This document shows, piece after piece, positions 50,790-63,067 of a stretch of 64,000 bases of DNA (position 1 is its first letter; the number at the start of each line of letters is the position of its first letter). Position numbers and translations under genes: made by a program. The notes beneath the pieces were generated by a model, which saw only the letters and a program-made list of their open reading frames with translations, made no database searches and was not told where the DNA came from. The stretch is from Octopus sinensis (lineage: Eukaryota). The DNA lies in assembly GCF_006345805.1 (NCBI RefSeq), contig NC_043004.1, forward strand, positions 25,172,001-25,236,000. Reading direction: 5' to 3'.

Positions 50790-51210
50790 ATATTTATACT
50801 TAAATATTTATCGTCTGAAAGTCTTCACTTTTTGCTTTCTCTCGTTTTGCATGTGTACATAAAACTTAGATAAAACTTTGATATGTTTCGACCAAAGAGT
50901 GGTCCAGGCCATGTCTAACTTAATAGCACCACCTGATAGGATTATCTAAATCTAAGTCAAGTTTTGCTTATGGTCCATTCAAGTAGTGAGTTCTTGTTGA
51001 GTGAGTTGTATCCAGGCATGGGTGGCTTATTAAGAAATCTGTCCAAACTCTGTCCGTTCAAAGGAGATGGGATCCTTTATACCCAAACTGTTATATCTAA
51101 TAATATATCTAATTTGTTATCTGCATAATTGCCTCCAAATACACACACACACACACACACACGCACACACACACACACAACATATAATATATATATATCA
51201 TATATATATA

Positions 51211-51254
<44 letters not shown>

Positions 51255-51633
51255 ATATATATAAAATCTTATAGAGGGAAGTTGAAAATACACAGAAAGT
51301 ATATATGAAAATTTAGTTGTATAAACATTAATATATTCACATTTGTACGATTCTAATTTGTACGATTCTAAGAAGTCAAAGTTTTGAGGAAAGCGGAGCT
51401 GTGTCGCAGACTGTATCGTTTATAGACACAGAAACACAACTCCATGTCCCTCAAAATTTACACTTTTGAAAAGCAATACAAATATGAAACCGGTTAAGCG
51501 CATTAATTATAATATAAATAAGTTTTCATATATACTCACTGTACATTTTCAACTTAATTTATTTCTTCTGCACTACTACTTCTAGCTTCTTTATATTTGT
51601 ATGAAAATAATGCTTGCTGTATATCTTTTTCAG

Positions 51634-51668
51634 ACAGCAACATATCTCTCTCGGAACGAAATCCATGT
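51634..51668 (+). CDS. CIB1-like: CIB exon 2 (TATYLSRNEIH + GT), 35 nt
   Basis: TCTTTTTCAG acceptor, GTAAGT donor; 35 nt as in human CIB exon 2; aligns to DLTFLTKQEILL. Confidence 0.85.
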
Positions 51669-53029
51669 GTAAGTTGGTCATTATCTATTATGTGCATGCA
51701 AAATGTAAACCTATTTAATTTATTTGTAAAGGTTGTTTACTGTTAAAAACTAGTGAGAATATATGATGAGAAAATTGTTCATCTTTTTTTTTAGTCTGTT
51801 TGAACCTCTCCGGATCTATTTTGCATAAAATTACATGCTCTCTGACTATTTAATACACACACACACACACACAGATCTAATATCCACCATGCAGTCGTTT
51901 ATATACAGATTAACGCATTGCGCTCGGAGTTAATTGCATTTTACTGCTCTCAGTATCAGACGAAATCAGCTCCGAACGAATAAATATATCTTTCTACGTG
52001 TATTAAATAACCTTTCTCCCATTTCTACATCTAAACGTGTTTGTATTTGTATGTTTGAGCAGATCTACGATCAAAGACATTTCAGGTATAGCTATCCTGC
52101 AAATTTTGTGTAGGACGGCAAAAACGAACGTATCCTTTCATTTCCTAATATTGTTTGAGGGAGATTTGGCTGCTATCTCTAGCAGATCAAATGGCTACAT
52201 AAAAGCATTCTCATTAGTTAAATTTTACTTAGGTAATTCCAATCCGTGTCTGTTAAAGTCATTGGGCTTGGCATCGTAAGGGACTAGTTCCTGTAAAGCA
52301 ACCGACTATGTGAATTCTTCCCTCAGATCGAATTTTTATTTTTTTATTTTTTCAGTGTTAAAACAATGTTTGGATTGTAAGGCCCTGGATTATAAAGTCA
52401 AATTCAAATGTACTAAAAGCTAGGATCCCGAAAGTTTGAAAGATTGAAAATTAGAACACCGAATTTTGAAATATGTTAGTGGAAAATATTAAAACCTGCC
52501 TTAAAACTTGCAAATTTTTACAAGTATAAAAAGTTGTTTTTTTCCGAGAAACATGTTCTAACACACGTACTTTTCTTTATGCTACATCCGCATAATTATT
52601 TTAGTAGGAAAACGGTCTCAAGAACATTTATAAACAGTTTTAAAATGGCGTTTATTTGAAAAACATATTATAACATGTTATGCTATGTCAAAATAAGAAA
52701 AGCGAAATATGGTGAACATATTTGCTTATAAATGATGATGATGATAATAATAATGATGTTCTTTTCTACTATAGGCACAATTTTGGGGGCGGGGGTTAGT
52801 CGATTACGACCGCCAGTCCGCTGCCCTACCCACTGGGCCATTGCGCCTCCACCAGAAGTGGTCTTTCTGTTGTCCCGTATGCCCTTTATTTAATTGTATT
52901 TCTTATCCAAGTTATTTTTTTGTAGCTGAAAAGAAAAAAGAAAAAAAGAAAAGAAAACCAAATATAATTAAAAAGACGACTAATTTTCTTCTTGTTGCTT
53001 ATAATTTATTCAATTTCTTTTAATTACAG

Positions 53030-53129
53030 AGCTTTTAAAACATTTTGGAACTTGGATAAAGCCAATGTTTCTGTTGATAGAAATTGTGCATTACCAATGG
53101 AAACAATTCAATCGTTACCTGAACTGAAA
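53030..53129 (+). CDS. CIB1-like: CIB exon 3 (AFKTFWNLDKANVSVDRNCALPMETIQSLPELK)
   Basis: TTACAG acceptor, AAA/GTAGGT donor; phase 2 in, phase 0 out; ends in SLPELK as in CIB1. Confidence 0.9.
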
Positions 53130-53596
53130 GTAGGTATATCTACGTATGTAAAAAGTTGATCGAAATACAATCTATTGGAAACGGTTCACCGAATAAAAAA
53201 ATAATTTAAGTAATATTTGCTCGATCTAACAATTAATCAAATTACAACAAACATTAAAATAATTTCTTTATAAAAAAAGCTATAATTTCTTTTGTTTAAA
53301 AAAAGAAACAAACATCAGTTGAGTGAAATGCTAAATTATCGGAATTCTGCAAAATGCCTTAAAAAGTTCCCTGATTGATTTCATAATTAAACTAATAGAG
53401 TCGAATATTTTTGTGTAGTATTTAATAACCCTTCAATCCTGTTGAACTACTAATGTGGTTGTACAGTAACAATATGAACACCATTTTCAAATTTCGATTC
53501 GATTACCACAAATTTTGAACCACATTTGATACAGGCCATAAAGAGACATTGATATAACCTACCCTGGTTTTCAGATTGTAAACATACGATTTTAAA

Positions 53597-53866
53597 CGAG
53601 TGGCCTAGTGGTAAGGCTGTTGCGCTCACGATCGCTAAATCGTGGATTAGATTCCCTGACAGGGCGGCGCGTTGTGTTCTTGAGCAAAACACTTCATTTT
53701 ATGTTGTTTCAGTCCCCCATTCGATCAGGGGAGATGGTTTTCCTGCTTGCCTAGCCAGCGGGGTGGCGTCATTTGAAGGCTAAAGCAATGCAAATGTGCA
53801 TTGTGACCAGCGATGTGCAACAAAATCTGATTGCCTGGTCGGACACGGGATCACATGATCACGTGA
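53597..53866 (+). mobile_element. tRNA SINE of the V-type group with an RTE-like 3' tail
   Basis: TGGCCTAGTGG head; tail TGTGACCAGCGATGT...CTGGTCGG matches 50731-50772. Confidence 0.75.
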
Positions 53867-54220
53867 AACATAAATATGTCACATACGCTTTTGTATGTGT
53901 CATATTTTAATAAAGAAATTTTAATGAAACATGGTAATATAACTTCTTTTTTTTTTGCCTTTAGCCTACTTTTCGTATTTCAAATATTTCTAATAATTCG
54001 ATTGCTGATTCAAACAACAATTATTTCGATCAAATGCTTTTTCGCTGAACTGCTTTTTGATCAGCTGTTTTCGATAAATTGAAACCAGATCGTATGGCTA
54101 AGTTTCTAAAAAGAAATCAGTCATGATAGTGATAGAATTGTAATATTTATATGCATGTATACATACAGACAGACAGACATACACACATATATAAATACAT
54201 ACATGTATACATATATCTAC

Positions 54221-54253
<33 letters not shown>

Positions 54254-54494
54254 TGTATGTATGTATGTATGTATGTATGTGTGTATGTATTTACGCGTGT
54301 GTGTGTTTATGTATGTATGTATGTATGTGTGCAATTAAAACAATGAGAAAGTCATTATTTGCTGCTTAAATATTTGGGGTTCTATGTACATTAAAAAAGA
54401 AAATCTTTTGTCTAAATTGAGTATTTTACAACATTAAGCTACTGCATTAGAGTGTAATACTTTGGCCCCGATCTTTGTTAATACATTATGTACA

Positions 54495-54554
<60 letters not shown>

Positions 54555-54776
54555 TGCACATACACACACACACACACACACACACTCACACATGCACACT
54601 TAGAATAAAACAATGCAGAATCACAACTTTCATACTTAACACAGAAACGAGATATTACATTGTAAACTAAGAAATTTCAGTCGGGAAAGAGAAGTTATTT
54701 GAAAATTTAAAGCCATGGAGAAGATCAATGAAGATGTGTGTTTGAAATTCACGGAGATATATGATATGATATGATA

Positions 54777-54816
<40 letters not shown>

Positions 54817-54819
<3 letters not shown>

Positions 54820-56061
54820 TCCATAAATAATGCAGTTTTTTTATACTTTTATTTTTCAAAATTAAGTTCATTTTTAATCTAAAATATACCCTCCTTCATT
54901 TTCTACAATGCTCTTCCATCTATCTGGTAGACTTGCAAGGCCTCTCTTCCAAAATTCACTTGTCCGTGACGAAAAATATTCCTCCAGTATTGCTCTGATC
55001 TCATCTACAGAATTCATATTTTCTCCGTCGAAATGATTTTGAAGATTGCAGAACAAATGATAATCAGATGGGGCAATGTCCGGCGAATATGGTAGGTGGG
55101 GCATCGTTTTCCATTCAAACCGCTTTAGTCTTTGGAATCTTATCCTCGCAGTATGTAGGTGACCGTTATCCTGATGGAAGAACACATTTCGTCTTGAAAA
55201 TAAAGATGGTCATTTGCCTTCTGGCGCTGATTTAAGCCGCTCAAACTGCTCGCGGTAGATCTTTGTTATCGTTTGGTTTGGCTTAAAAGTTCAAAGTGGA
55301 CTAAACCTTTCATATCCCAACAAACAAATAACAACACCTTACGTAGATGAAGACATTCTTTAGCCCGGACTGCCGGTGTTTCTCCCTTCTCTACCTACTG
55401 TCTTCGGCACTTGATATTTTTATAGAGAACCAATTTCTCGTCACCAATCACTATTCGGTTCAAAAAAGATTCATTCGTGAGACGTAACAGCAAAGAAGTA
55501 CTCACATTTACTCTCTGTGCGTGATTAGACTTGGAAAGTTTGTGAGGAACCCATTGACCTAATTTGTTGTCTTTTTCGGTGGCACGCAGGTGTCGATAAA
55601 TGGTTCAATGACCAAATCCAAGCTTCTCTGCTAGTTTTTCAAGTTATGATGGGTTTGCAGGACGTCCTCTTCGAGCTCTACATATCTTACAGGACGAGGC
55701 TTGTCTTCTAGGCTGTAGTTTCTAGCTCGGAATTTCTGGAACCACCGTTGTCACTGGCTTACGCTTATTGTCCGATCCCCATATACTGTATTAATATTCC
55801 TCGCACTTTCCATTCTGTTGCTGCCTTTATTGAACTCATAAAGCAAAATGTATCGAATATGTTGCTTTGTCACTTCCATTTTAGCTTTGAAAATATAACT
55901 TAAAATCGAACTGCTCTCTTCAAAACTTGCACTATGAATAAGGTCAAGGTAAAATTACAACCTGCTTTTATAGCAAGTTGATGCAAGTAGTCTATGGCGT
56001 CCCCCTCCGAATTTTAGTTCTTGCAATTGAGAAAACCGCATTATTTATGGGATGACCCAAT
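54817..56061 (-). mobile_element. Decayed mariner (DD34D-type) transposon
   Basis: Right TIR GAAAACCGCATTATTTATGGGATGACCCAAT (56031-56061); left TIR TCATCCATAAATAATGCAGTTTT (54817-54839), truncated into (TA)n. Confidence 0.9.
54874..55879 (-). pseudogene. Mariner transposase pseudogene
   Basis: N-terminus MEVTKQHIRYILLYEFNKG...ARNINTVYG...Q*QRWFQKFR; C-terminus HQDN...YSPDIAPSDYHLF...LPDRW...EGGYILD; internal stop and disruptions. Confidence 0.92.
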
Positions 56062-56099
56062 TTGGTATCGAAAGTTATACCAGCCTCTGACATTACTCC

Positions 56100-56421
56100 G
56101 ACATCCTAGCTATTCCGTTTAGAGTGAGGACCATTTTCTGCTATAGCTTGGGATTGAAGGGCCCACAGCTATTTAACGCCTTGCCAAAATATTTGAGGGA
56201 TCTTTATGGAATAGGAGTAGATGTTTTAAAGAAACAATTTGACCTCCTGCTATCCGAGGTTCCAGATGAACAGATATCAAGGCAGAAAACTCAAAAGAGA
56301 ACTGAAGTGTCAAACTCGCTCCTTCACCAAAAGCCAATCATAGAAGATTGGCCAATGAAAAGCCGATTACACTGGTGGTGCTCCAGCATAGCCACAGCCT
56401 TAACGCTGAAACGTATAAAAA
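56100..56421 (+). mobile_element. CR1-like LINE 3' end remnant
   Basis: GPQLFNALPKYLRDL...VLKKQFDLLLSEVPDE...SNSLLHQ resembles CR1-group ORF2 C-termini, followed by a short 3' UTR. Confidence 0.7.
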
Positions 56422-56804
56422 TATATATATAAGACCATAAATAAAGGCGCGTAGCCTAGTGATTAGGTGTATTCCACTCACAGTCATGAGATCGTGGTTT
56501 TGATTCTCAAACTGGTTGGGCGTTGTATTCTTGAGTAAAACATTTCCTTTTCCCGTTGCTTCAGCCCGCTCAGCTGTAAATGGGTAACCCTGCGATGGAC
56601 TAGCTTACCGATCAGGGGGGGAATGTTGACCGGCTTGCCAAACCAGAGTAGTAAAGTCACATGGAAGCGATGTATAACAACATCCGTTTGGTCCCACACA
56701 TGATACATAAATATATACATACACACACAGATACATATAGTTATAGATACGTGTGTGTGTGTGTGTGTGTGTGTCTCCGCACGTGCGTGTATAATAAGCA
56801 TATA

Positions 56805-57228
56805 CTCTTACTCTTTACTCTTTTACTCTTTTACTTGTTTCAGTCATTTGACTGCGGCCATGCTGGAGCACCGCCTTTAGTCGAGCAAATCGACCCCGGG
56901 ACTTATTCTTTGTAAGCCCAGTACTTATTCTATCGGTCTCTTTTGCCGAACCGCTAAGTGACGGGGACGTAAACACAACAGCATCGGTTGTCAAGCAATG
57001 CTAGGGTGACAAACACAGACACACAAACATATACACACACACACCTATATATATATACATATATACGACAGGCTTCTTTCAGTTTCCGTCTACCAAATCC
57101 ACTCACAAGGCATTGGTCGGCCCTGGGCTATAGCAGAAGACACTTGCCCAAGATGCCACGCAGTGGGACTGAACCCGGAACCATGTGGTTGGTTAGCAAG
57201 CTACTTACCACACAGCCACTCCTGCGCC
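56805..57228 (-). mobile_element. CORE-like tRNA SINE, near-consensus copy
   Basis: Complete head to (CTCTTTTA)n tail; near-identical relative at 60094-60473 (-); older copies near 16078, 34480, 57420, 62880. Confidence 0.88.
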
Positions 57229-57675
57229 TATATGTAGAAAACTTATTAAAAAATTCTTTTAAAATGTCATGGAGCAGAATATTATTGCGAGAGTTAGTTA
57301 TCGTGTAACAAAAGAAAGCCATCCGTAGAACGAGATGCAACCAAGTTAACAGCCATTTCTTAGAAGTGTGACATGGTTTCAACCCCTCTCCGAAGCTTGT
57401 TTACGCATTCTTTTATTCTCTTATTTGTTTCAGTCATTTGATTGCGGTTATGCTGGAGCACTGCCTTTAGTCGAGCAAATCGGCCCCTTGACTTATTCTT
57501 TGGAAGCCTAGTACTTATTTTATCGGTCTGTTTTGCTGAACCGCTAAGTTACGGGCACGTAAACACACCAACATCGGTTGCCAAGCGATGTTGGGGGGAC
57601 AAACAAAGACACACAAACACACACATACATACATACATACATACATACATACATACATACTACATACATACATAC

Positions 57676-57720
<45 letters not shown>

Positions 57721-57941
57721 TATATACGTTTTATTTATTATTTTGCACATTACTTAATCATAGTTATATGTTTTATCTTTTTATAATATGTAATTTTTCT
57801 AAATGGTATAACTTAATTTTTCATTATTGAATTGATAAAAGGTGAGTTTTTTCTAATTTATATATATATAATATTTTGTGAAATTTGATTTAGTATTTCT
57901 AAATTAGATTTTTCCCTGTAAGTTTGGAATAATATTCTCTC

Positions 57942-57969
<28 letters not shown>

Positions 57970-57977
<8 letters not shown>

Positions 57978-58112
57978 TAATCCAAACATGAAAAGACAAA
58001 GAGAAAACACAACAACGCGAGGATGTGGAACAAATATAGTATTATTGGACGCTCAGGAAAGAAGGAAAGAAGGAGGATTTCAACGTTTCGAGCGGAGCTC
58101 TTCGTCGGAAAC
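57970..58112 (-). mobile_element. Penelope-type terminal fragment with a hammerhead-like motif (C4 variant) at 58077-58112
   Basis: GTTT [CCGACGA] A GAGC tcc GCTC GAA ACGT T GAAAT; a related copy at 32594-32629 also has CCGAC. Confidence 0.55.
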
Positions 58113-58610
58113 GTTCACTTAAAATATGATGCAATTGACACCAAGAAGCGAAACACTATTATCAGCCAGATATTTGTGTCAAGACAGGAAAAAAACTATT
58201 ATAATCCACTGAATTTATTTCATGATACATGGTGGTTAAATGTTTCTTGAGCCAAATCCTGACATTGGTTTTAGGAAGAGAGGGTAAAAACTAATCTGTC
58301 TGTGTCACATGATAAAACTTATATTTCAAGAAATTTTCACTTGAGAGCACCGGTTTTGTTTGTGACTAATGTTTATGACTAATGATTTAGCGTAAGGTGT
58401 GGACATCGGAAATCCTCATTGGTTTCCCAACAAAACTGATGCGATACGATGCAGAGAAGAGTTTGCACTCCGCCAACAACAACAAAAAAAGAACATGTAA
58501 TACTGCACACACCCCAGCAACATGGAGGTGCAGCAGGTGATGCAGTAGCAATCTGCCTGAAACTATCAAATGTTGAATAATAATAATAACAATAATAATA
58601 ATAATTATAA

Positions 58611-59198
58611 ATACCCCGATGCAGTTCCCATACTCTGATGCAGTGGCTCTTATGGCTTCTGATCTTAACTGATTGGAAGTGTTATCATGTACATTGCTTT
58701 GTCTTGGTATAGAAGAAGGGCTATAGCAAATATTCTGTTCAATACCACAAATTTGCTTGTCAGTTGTTTGACCATAACCAGTTGAGCATGTCTCTTGGTG
58801 GCTGACGATATGTGCATCTCTGATCACGAGCAGAAGTAGTGCGGGAGCATCATAACCATGTGTTGGGAGAGATTCTTAGAGGTTTGGATAATTCACCTTT
58901 GGAAACATGGGTGTTTCGTTCAACATCCTTAAACAAACCTTATTCAGGGACCTTTCGAGCGGATAGGTTACTCAACCAGAAGAAAATTCTAACTGGGCCC
59001 CACCTGCAAGGTCATGTGCTGTTTATCTTGATATGAGATCACCATGTCACACACATATGTTTGTGATGCATGCGCCTTGTGTACCCTTATTAGACGGGTA
59101 GTCATGATTGGTATACTGGGCTTCATATATTTTACCCCAGTGTCACTTTGATGGCATGCACTGCTCTCTCACTCAATAATAATAATAATAATAATAAC

Positions 59199-59230
<32 letters not shown>

Positions 59231-59423
59231 GAAAATTCTAACTGGGCCCCACCTGCAAGGTCATGTGCTGTTTATCTTGATATGAGATCACCATGTCGCG
59301 CACATATGGTTGTGATGCATGTGCCTGGTGTACCTTTATCAGACGGGTAGTCATGATGGGTATATTGGGCTTCGTATATTTTACCCCAGTGTCACTTTGA
59401 TGGCATGAACTGCTCTCTCACTC
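58611..59423 (+). mobile_element. ~565-bp non-coding element flanked by (AAT)n, followed by a 5'-truncated tandem copy (59231-59423)
   Basis: Same family as 17248-17740 and 18000-18491 (-); always ends CTGCTCTCTC...(AAT)n. Confidence 0.85.
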
Positions 59424-59651
59424 AATAATAATAATAATAATTTTGGTACAAGGACAGCAATTTCGGGAGAAGGGGTTAGTCGATTACATCGACCTCAGCG
59501 CTCAAATAGTAATTATTTTATCGGCCCCGAAAGGATGAAAAACAAAATCGACCCCGGCGGTGTCCTAACTCAAAACGTAAATTCGGAAGAAATGCCGCTA
59601 AGCATTTTGTCTAGCATGCAAACGATTCTGCCAGCTTAACAATATTAAATA

Positions 59652-59756
<105 letters not shown>

Positions 59757-59774
59757 CAGCAGCAGCAGCAGCAT

Positions 59775-59812
<38 letters not shown>

Positions 59813-60728
59813 ACAGCAACAATGACTATGATGATAATCCTTTTTTACTGTAGGCACAAGGCCGAAAATCTGGGAGCGGGGGATAGTCGATCACGTCGAC
59901 CCCAATACTCGACTGGTTCTTAATTTATCGACCCCAAAAGGATGAAAAGCAAAATGATAATCGAGTATTCAAACGGACGGCAAAGAAGAAAACTTTTGAA
60001 AAAAACGATAATGGTTTGTGGAACTATCGTTTTATCCACACTTACCGTTATCGGTTTGCAAAACAAATTCTTTCTTTCTTTTTCTTTCTTTTTTTCTTTT
60101 ACTTGTTTCAGTCATCCGACTGCGGCCATGCTGGAGCACCGCCTTTAGTCGAGCAAATCACCCCGGGACTTATTCTTTGTAAGCCCAGTACTTATCCTAT
60201 CGTCGTCTCTTTTGCCGAACCGCTAAGTGACGGGGACGTAAACACACCCCATCGGTTGTCAAGCATGCTAGGGGACAAACAGAGACACACAAATACACAC
60301 ACATACATACTACGACAGGCTTCTTTCAGTTCCGTCTACCAAATCCACTCACAAGGCTTTGGTCGGCCCGGGCTATAGCAGAAGACACTTGCCCAAGATG
60401 CCACGCAGTGGGACTGAACCCGGAACCATGTGGTTGGTTAGCAAGCTACTTACCACACAGCCACTCCTGCGCCTATGATGATATTTGTTATAGATATATT
60501 TGTTATGGCACAAGGACAATTTCTTCGTCCTATGTATATCTAGGAAAAGATTATTTAATGTTTTGCTTCCTTGTTCTAGAAGTTAAAAAAGGTGATTTGT
60601 GTAGCCGTTTTACTTCCAACGTATTTCAGAATTCTCGTGATATTTTCTTACACAAACGAAATTCTCTCGAAATTATTATCAAGTAACTATATTTGTCTAG
60701 TGTAACATGTTCTCAAATATTTGTGGTT

Positions 60729-60771
<43 letters not shown>

Positions 60772-60873
60772 TATATATATAATATATATATATATACATA
60801 TAATGAGCAAGCGATGTGTGTGTGTATATATATATATATATATTCATATATTTTACCCCAGTGTCACTTTGAT

Positions 60874-61282
60874 GGCAGGAGTGGCCGTGTGGTAAGTAGC
60901 TTGTTTACCAACCACATGGTTCCGGGTTCAGCCCCACTGCGTGGCACCTTGGGCAACTGTCTTCTACTATAGCCTCGGGCCGACCAAAGCCTTGTGAGTA
61001 GATTTGGTAGACGGAAACTGAAAGAAGCCCGTCGTATATATGTAATATATATATATATATATATATATATGCGTGTGTGTGTTTGTGTGAGTGTGTTTGT
61101 CCCCTAGCATTGCTTGACAACCGACGCTGGTGTGTTTATGTCCCCGTTACTTAGCGGTCGGCAAAAAGAGACCGATAGAATAAGTACTGGGCTTACAAAA
61201 GAATAAGTCCCGGGTCGAGTTGCTCGACTAAAGGCGGTGCTCCAGCATGGCCGCAGTCAAATGACTGAAACAAGTAAAAGAG

Positions 61283-61353
<71 letters not shown>

Positions 61354-61478
61354 GTGCAGGAGTGGCTGTGTGGTAAATAGCTTGCTTACCAACCACATGG
61401 TCATGGGTTCAGTTCCACTACGTGGCACTTTGTGAGTGGATTTGGTAGACGGAAACTGGAAGAAGCCCGTCGTATATG

Positions 61479-61527
<49 letters not shown>

Positions 61528-61740
61528 TGTATGTTTGTGTGTCTGTGTTTGTCCTACTTGACAACCGGTGGTGGTGTGTTTATGTCCATGTAACTTAACG
61601 GTTCGGCATAAGAGACCGATAGAATAAGTACTAGGCTTACAAAGAATAAGCTCTGGGGTCGATTTGCACGACTAAAGGCGGTACTCCAGCAAGGCCACAG
61701 TCAAATGACTGAAACAAGTAAAAGAATAAATGAATAAAAG
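60874..61740 (+). mobile_element. Two head-to-tail CORE-like SINEs separated by (GATA)n
   Basis: Copies at 60874-61283 and 61333-61740. Confidence 0.88.
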
Positions 61741-62055
61741 AAAATATATATATATATATATATATAAAAGAATATATATATATATATATATACATCGCTC
61801 GCTCAATTTCAAATGTTTTCATATTGTTTTTAGTTGGTTATTTGGTAGAACTGACACATTTCTCTGTAACTCTGTAACCATGACACAATTTTTCATTTTA
61901 TATTTTCACATCTCTGTCTAACAACACCAATAGATATACAGCAAAATGAACGCAATGATTGAATGTTGTGCTAGATTTGGGACAGTAAACACTTTTGCAA
62001 GAGTAATTTCTTTTCTTTCAATGTATTTTATAAAAAGTTAAAAGTTACGTTATTT

Positions 62056-62565
62056 ACTAACTGGACCCGTGAATATTTCACGGAATTAATGGTAAACTTA
62101 TTGGGTTATTTCTGAAAACTTTATCCTAAGAAGATATCGCTCATCTGCTAATCATTGAAAAGTGAAGGGAATTGGAATAAGATGATTACTTAATGCACTT
62201 TATATATATATATATATATACACTTTATCTACTTTATGCACAATTGTAGAGACTTAATACACAACACTCACCCTCTTTCTCTCTCATTATTCACCTCACC
62301 TTCTTCTACTCTCTCCTTTTTCTTTCGCTTTTCGCTTTTCCTTTCAACTAATCACGCGAAAGCGTTACAGACGGGCTAAGTAACGAAAGAAAAAACTTAG
62401 TTTAAAAAAGTACACATTTCACGCACCAGCACCTCTCCCTCCCCTCCCATATCTCCTCTCGCTATCTCCCCCACATCCCTCACCACATCACCCTCCTATT
62501 CCTCGCTTTCCCTTCAACTAATCACGTGGAAGCGTTACAGACGGGCTAAGTAACGGAGTGACTAG
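62056..62565. mobile_element. Helitron-like termini: a minus-strand 3' end at 62056-62083 and a plus-strand element ending in CTAG at 62562-62565
   Basis: CCGTGAA-TAT-TTCACGG palindrome next to ACTAA; CGTTAC...GTAACG hairpin repeated at 62343-62385 and 62513-62555. Confidence 0.5.
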
Positions 62566-62994
62566 TAGAATTATTATAAGATTTGAAGGTTATTATGTAC
62601 ATATTAAAAATAAAATATTATGATGCCGATGAAATAAAAATACAAAGAAAAAGGAGAAGAAACTTACACAGTTGTTTGATGAAAGCTTTTCTAAAAACGA
62701 ACAGCGATATGAACGAGAACTAAAACCACTGGGAGTGTGTTTATATTTTATTGACAATCTCATTTTTCCAGACTATATCAATTACAACACAACTATTTTA
62801 GGAAGGTAGAGGCAGCAATCATTCGTGAATGAGTGTGGCTTGGTCGCATGTACTATGCTTTTGCGAACGGTTTTAAGTACCTATGTAGTCATGGGTAGAC
62901 ATAGACACCGTTGCACGTGTCTTGTTCTATAGCCCCAGTCCTACCAAAGCTTCGTGAGTGGATTTTGTTGACAGAAACTAAAAGAAACCCATCG

Positions 62995-63067
<73 letters not shown>

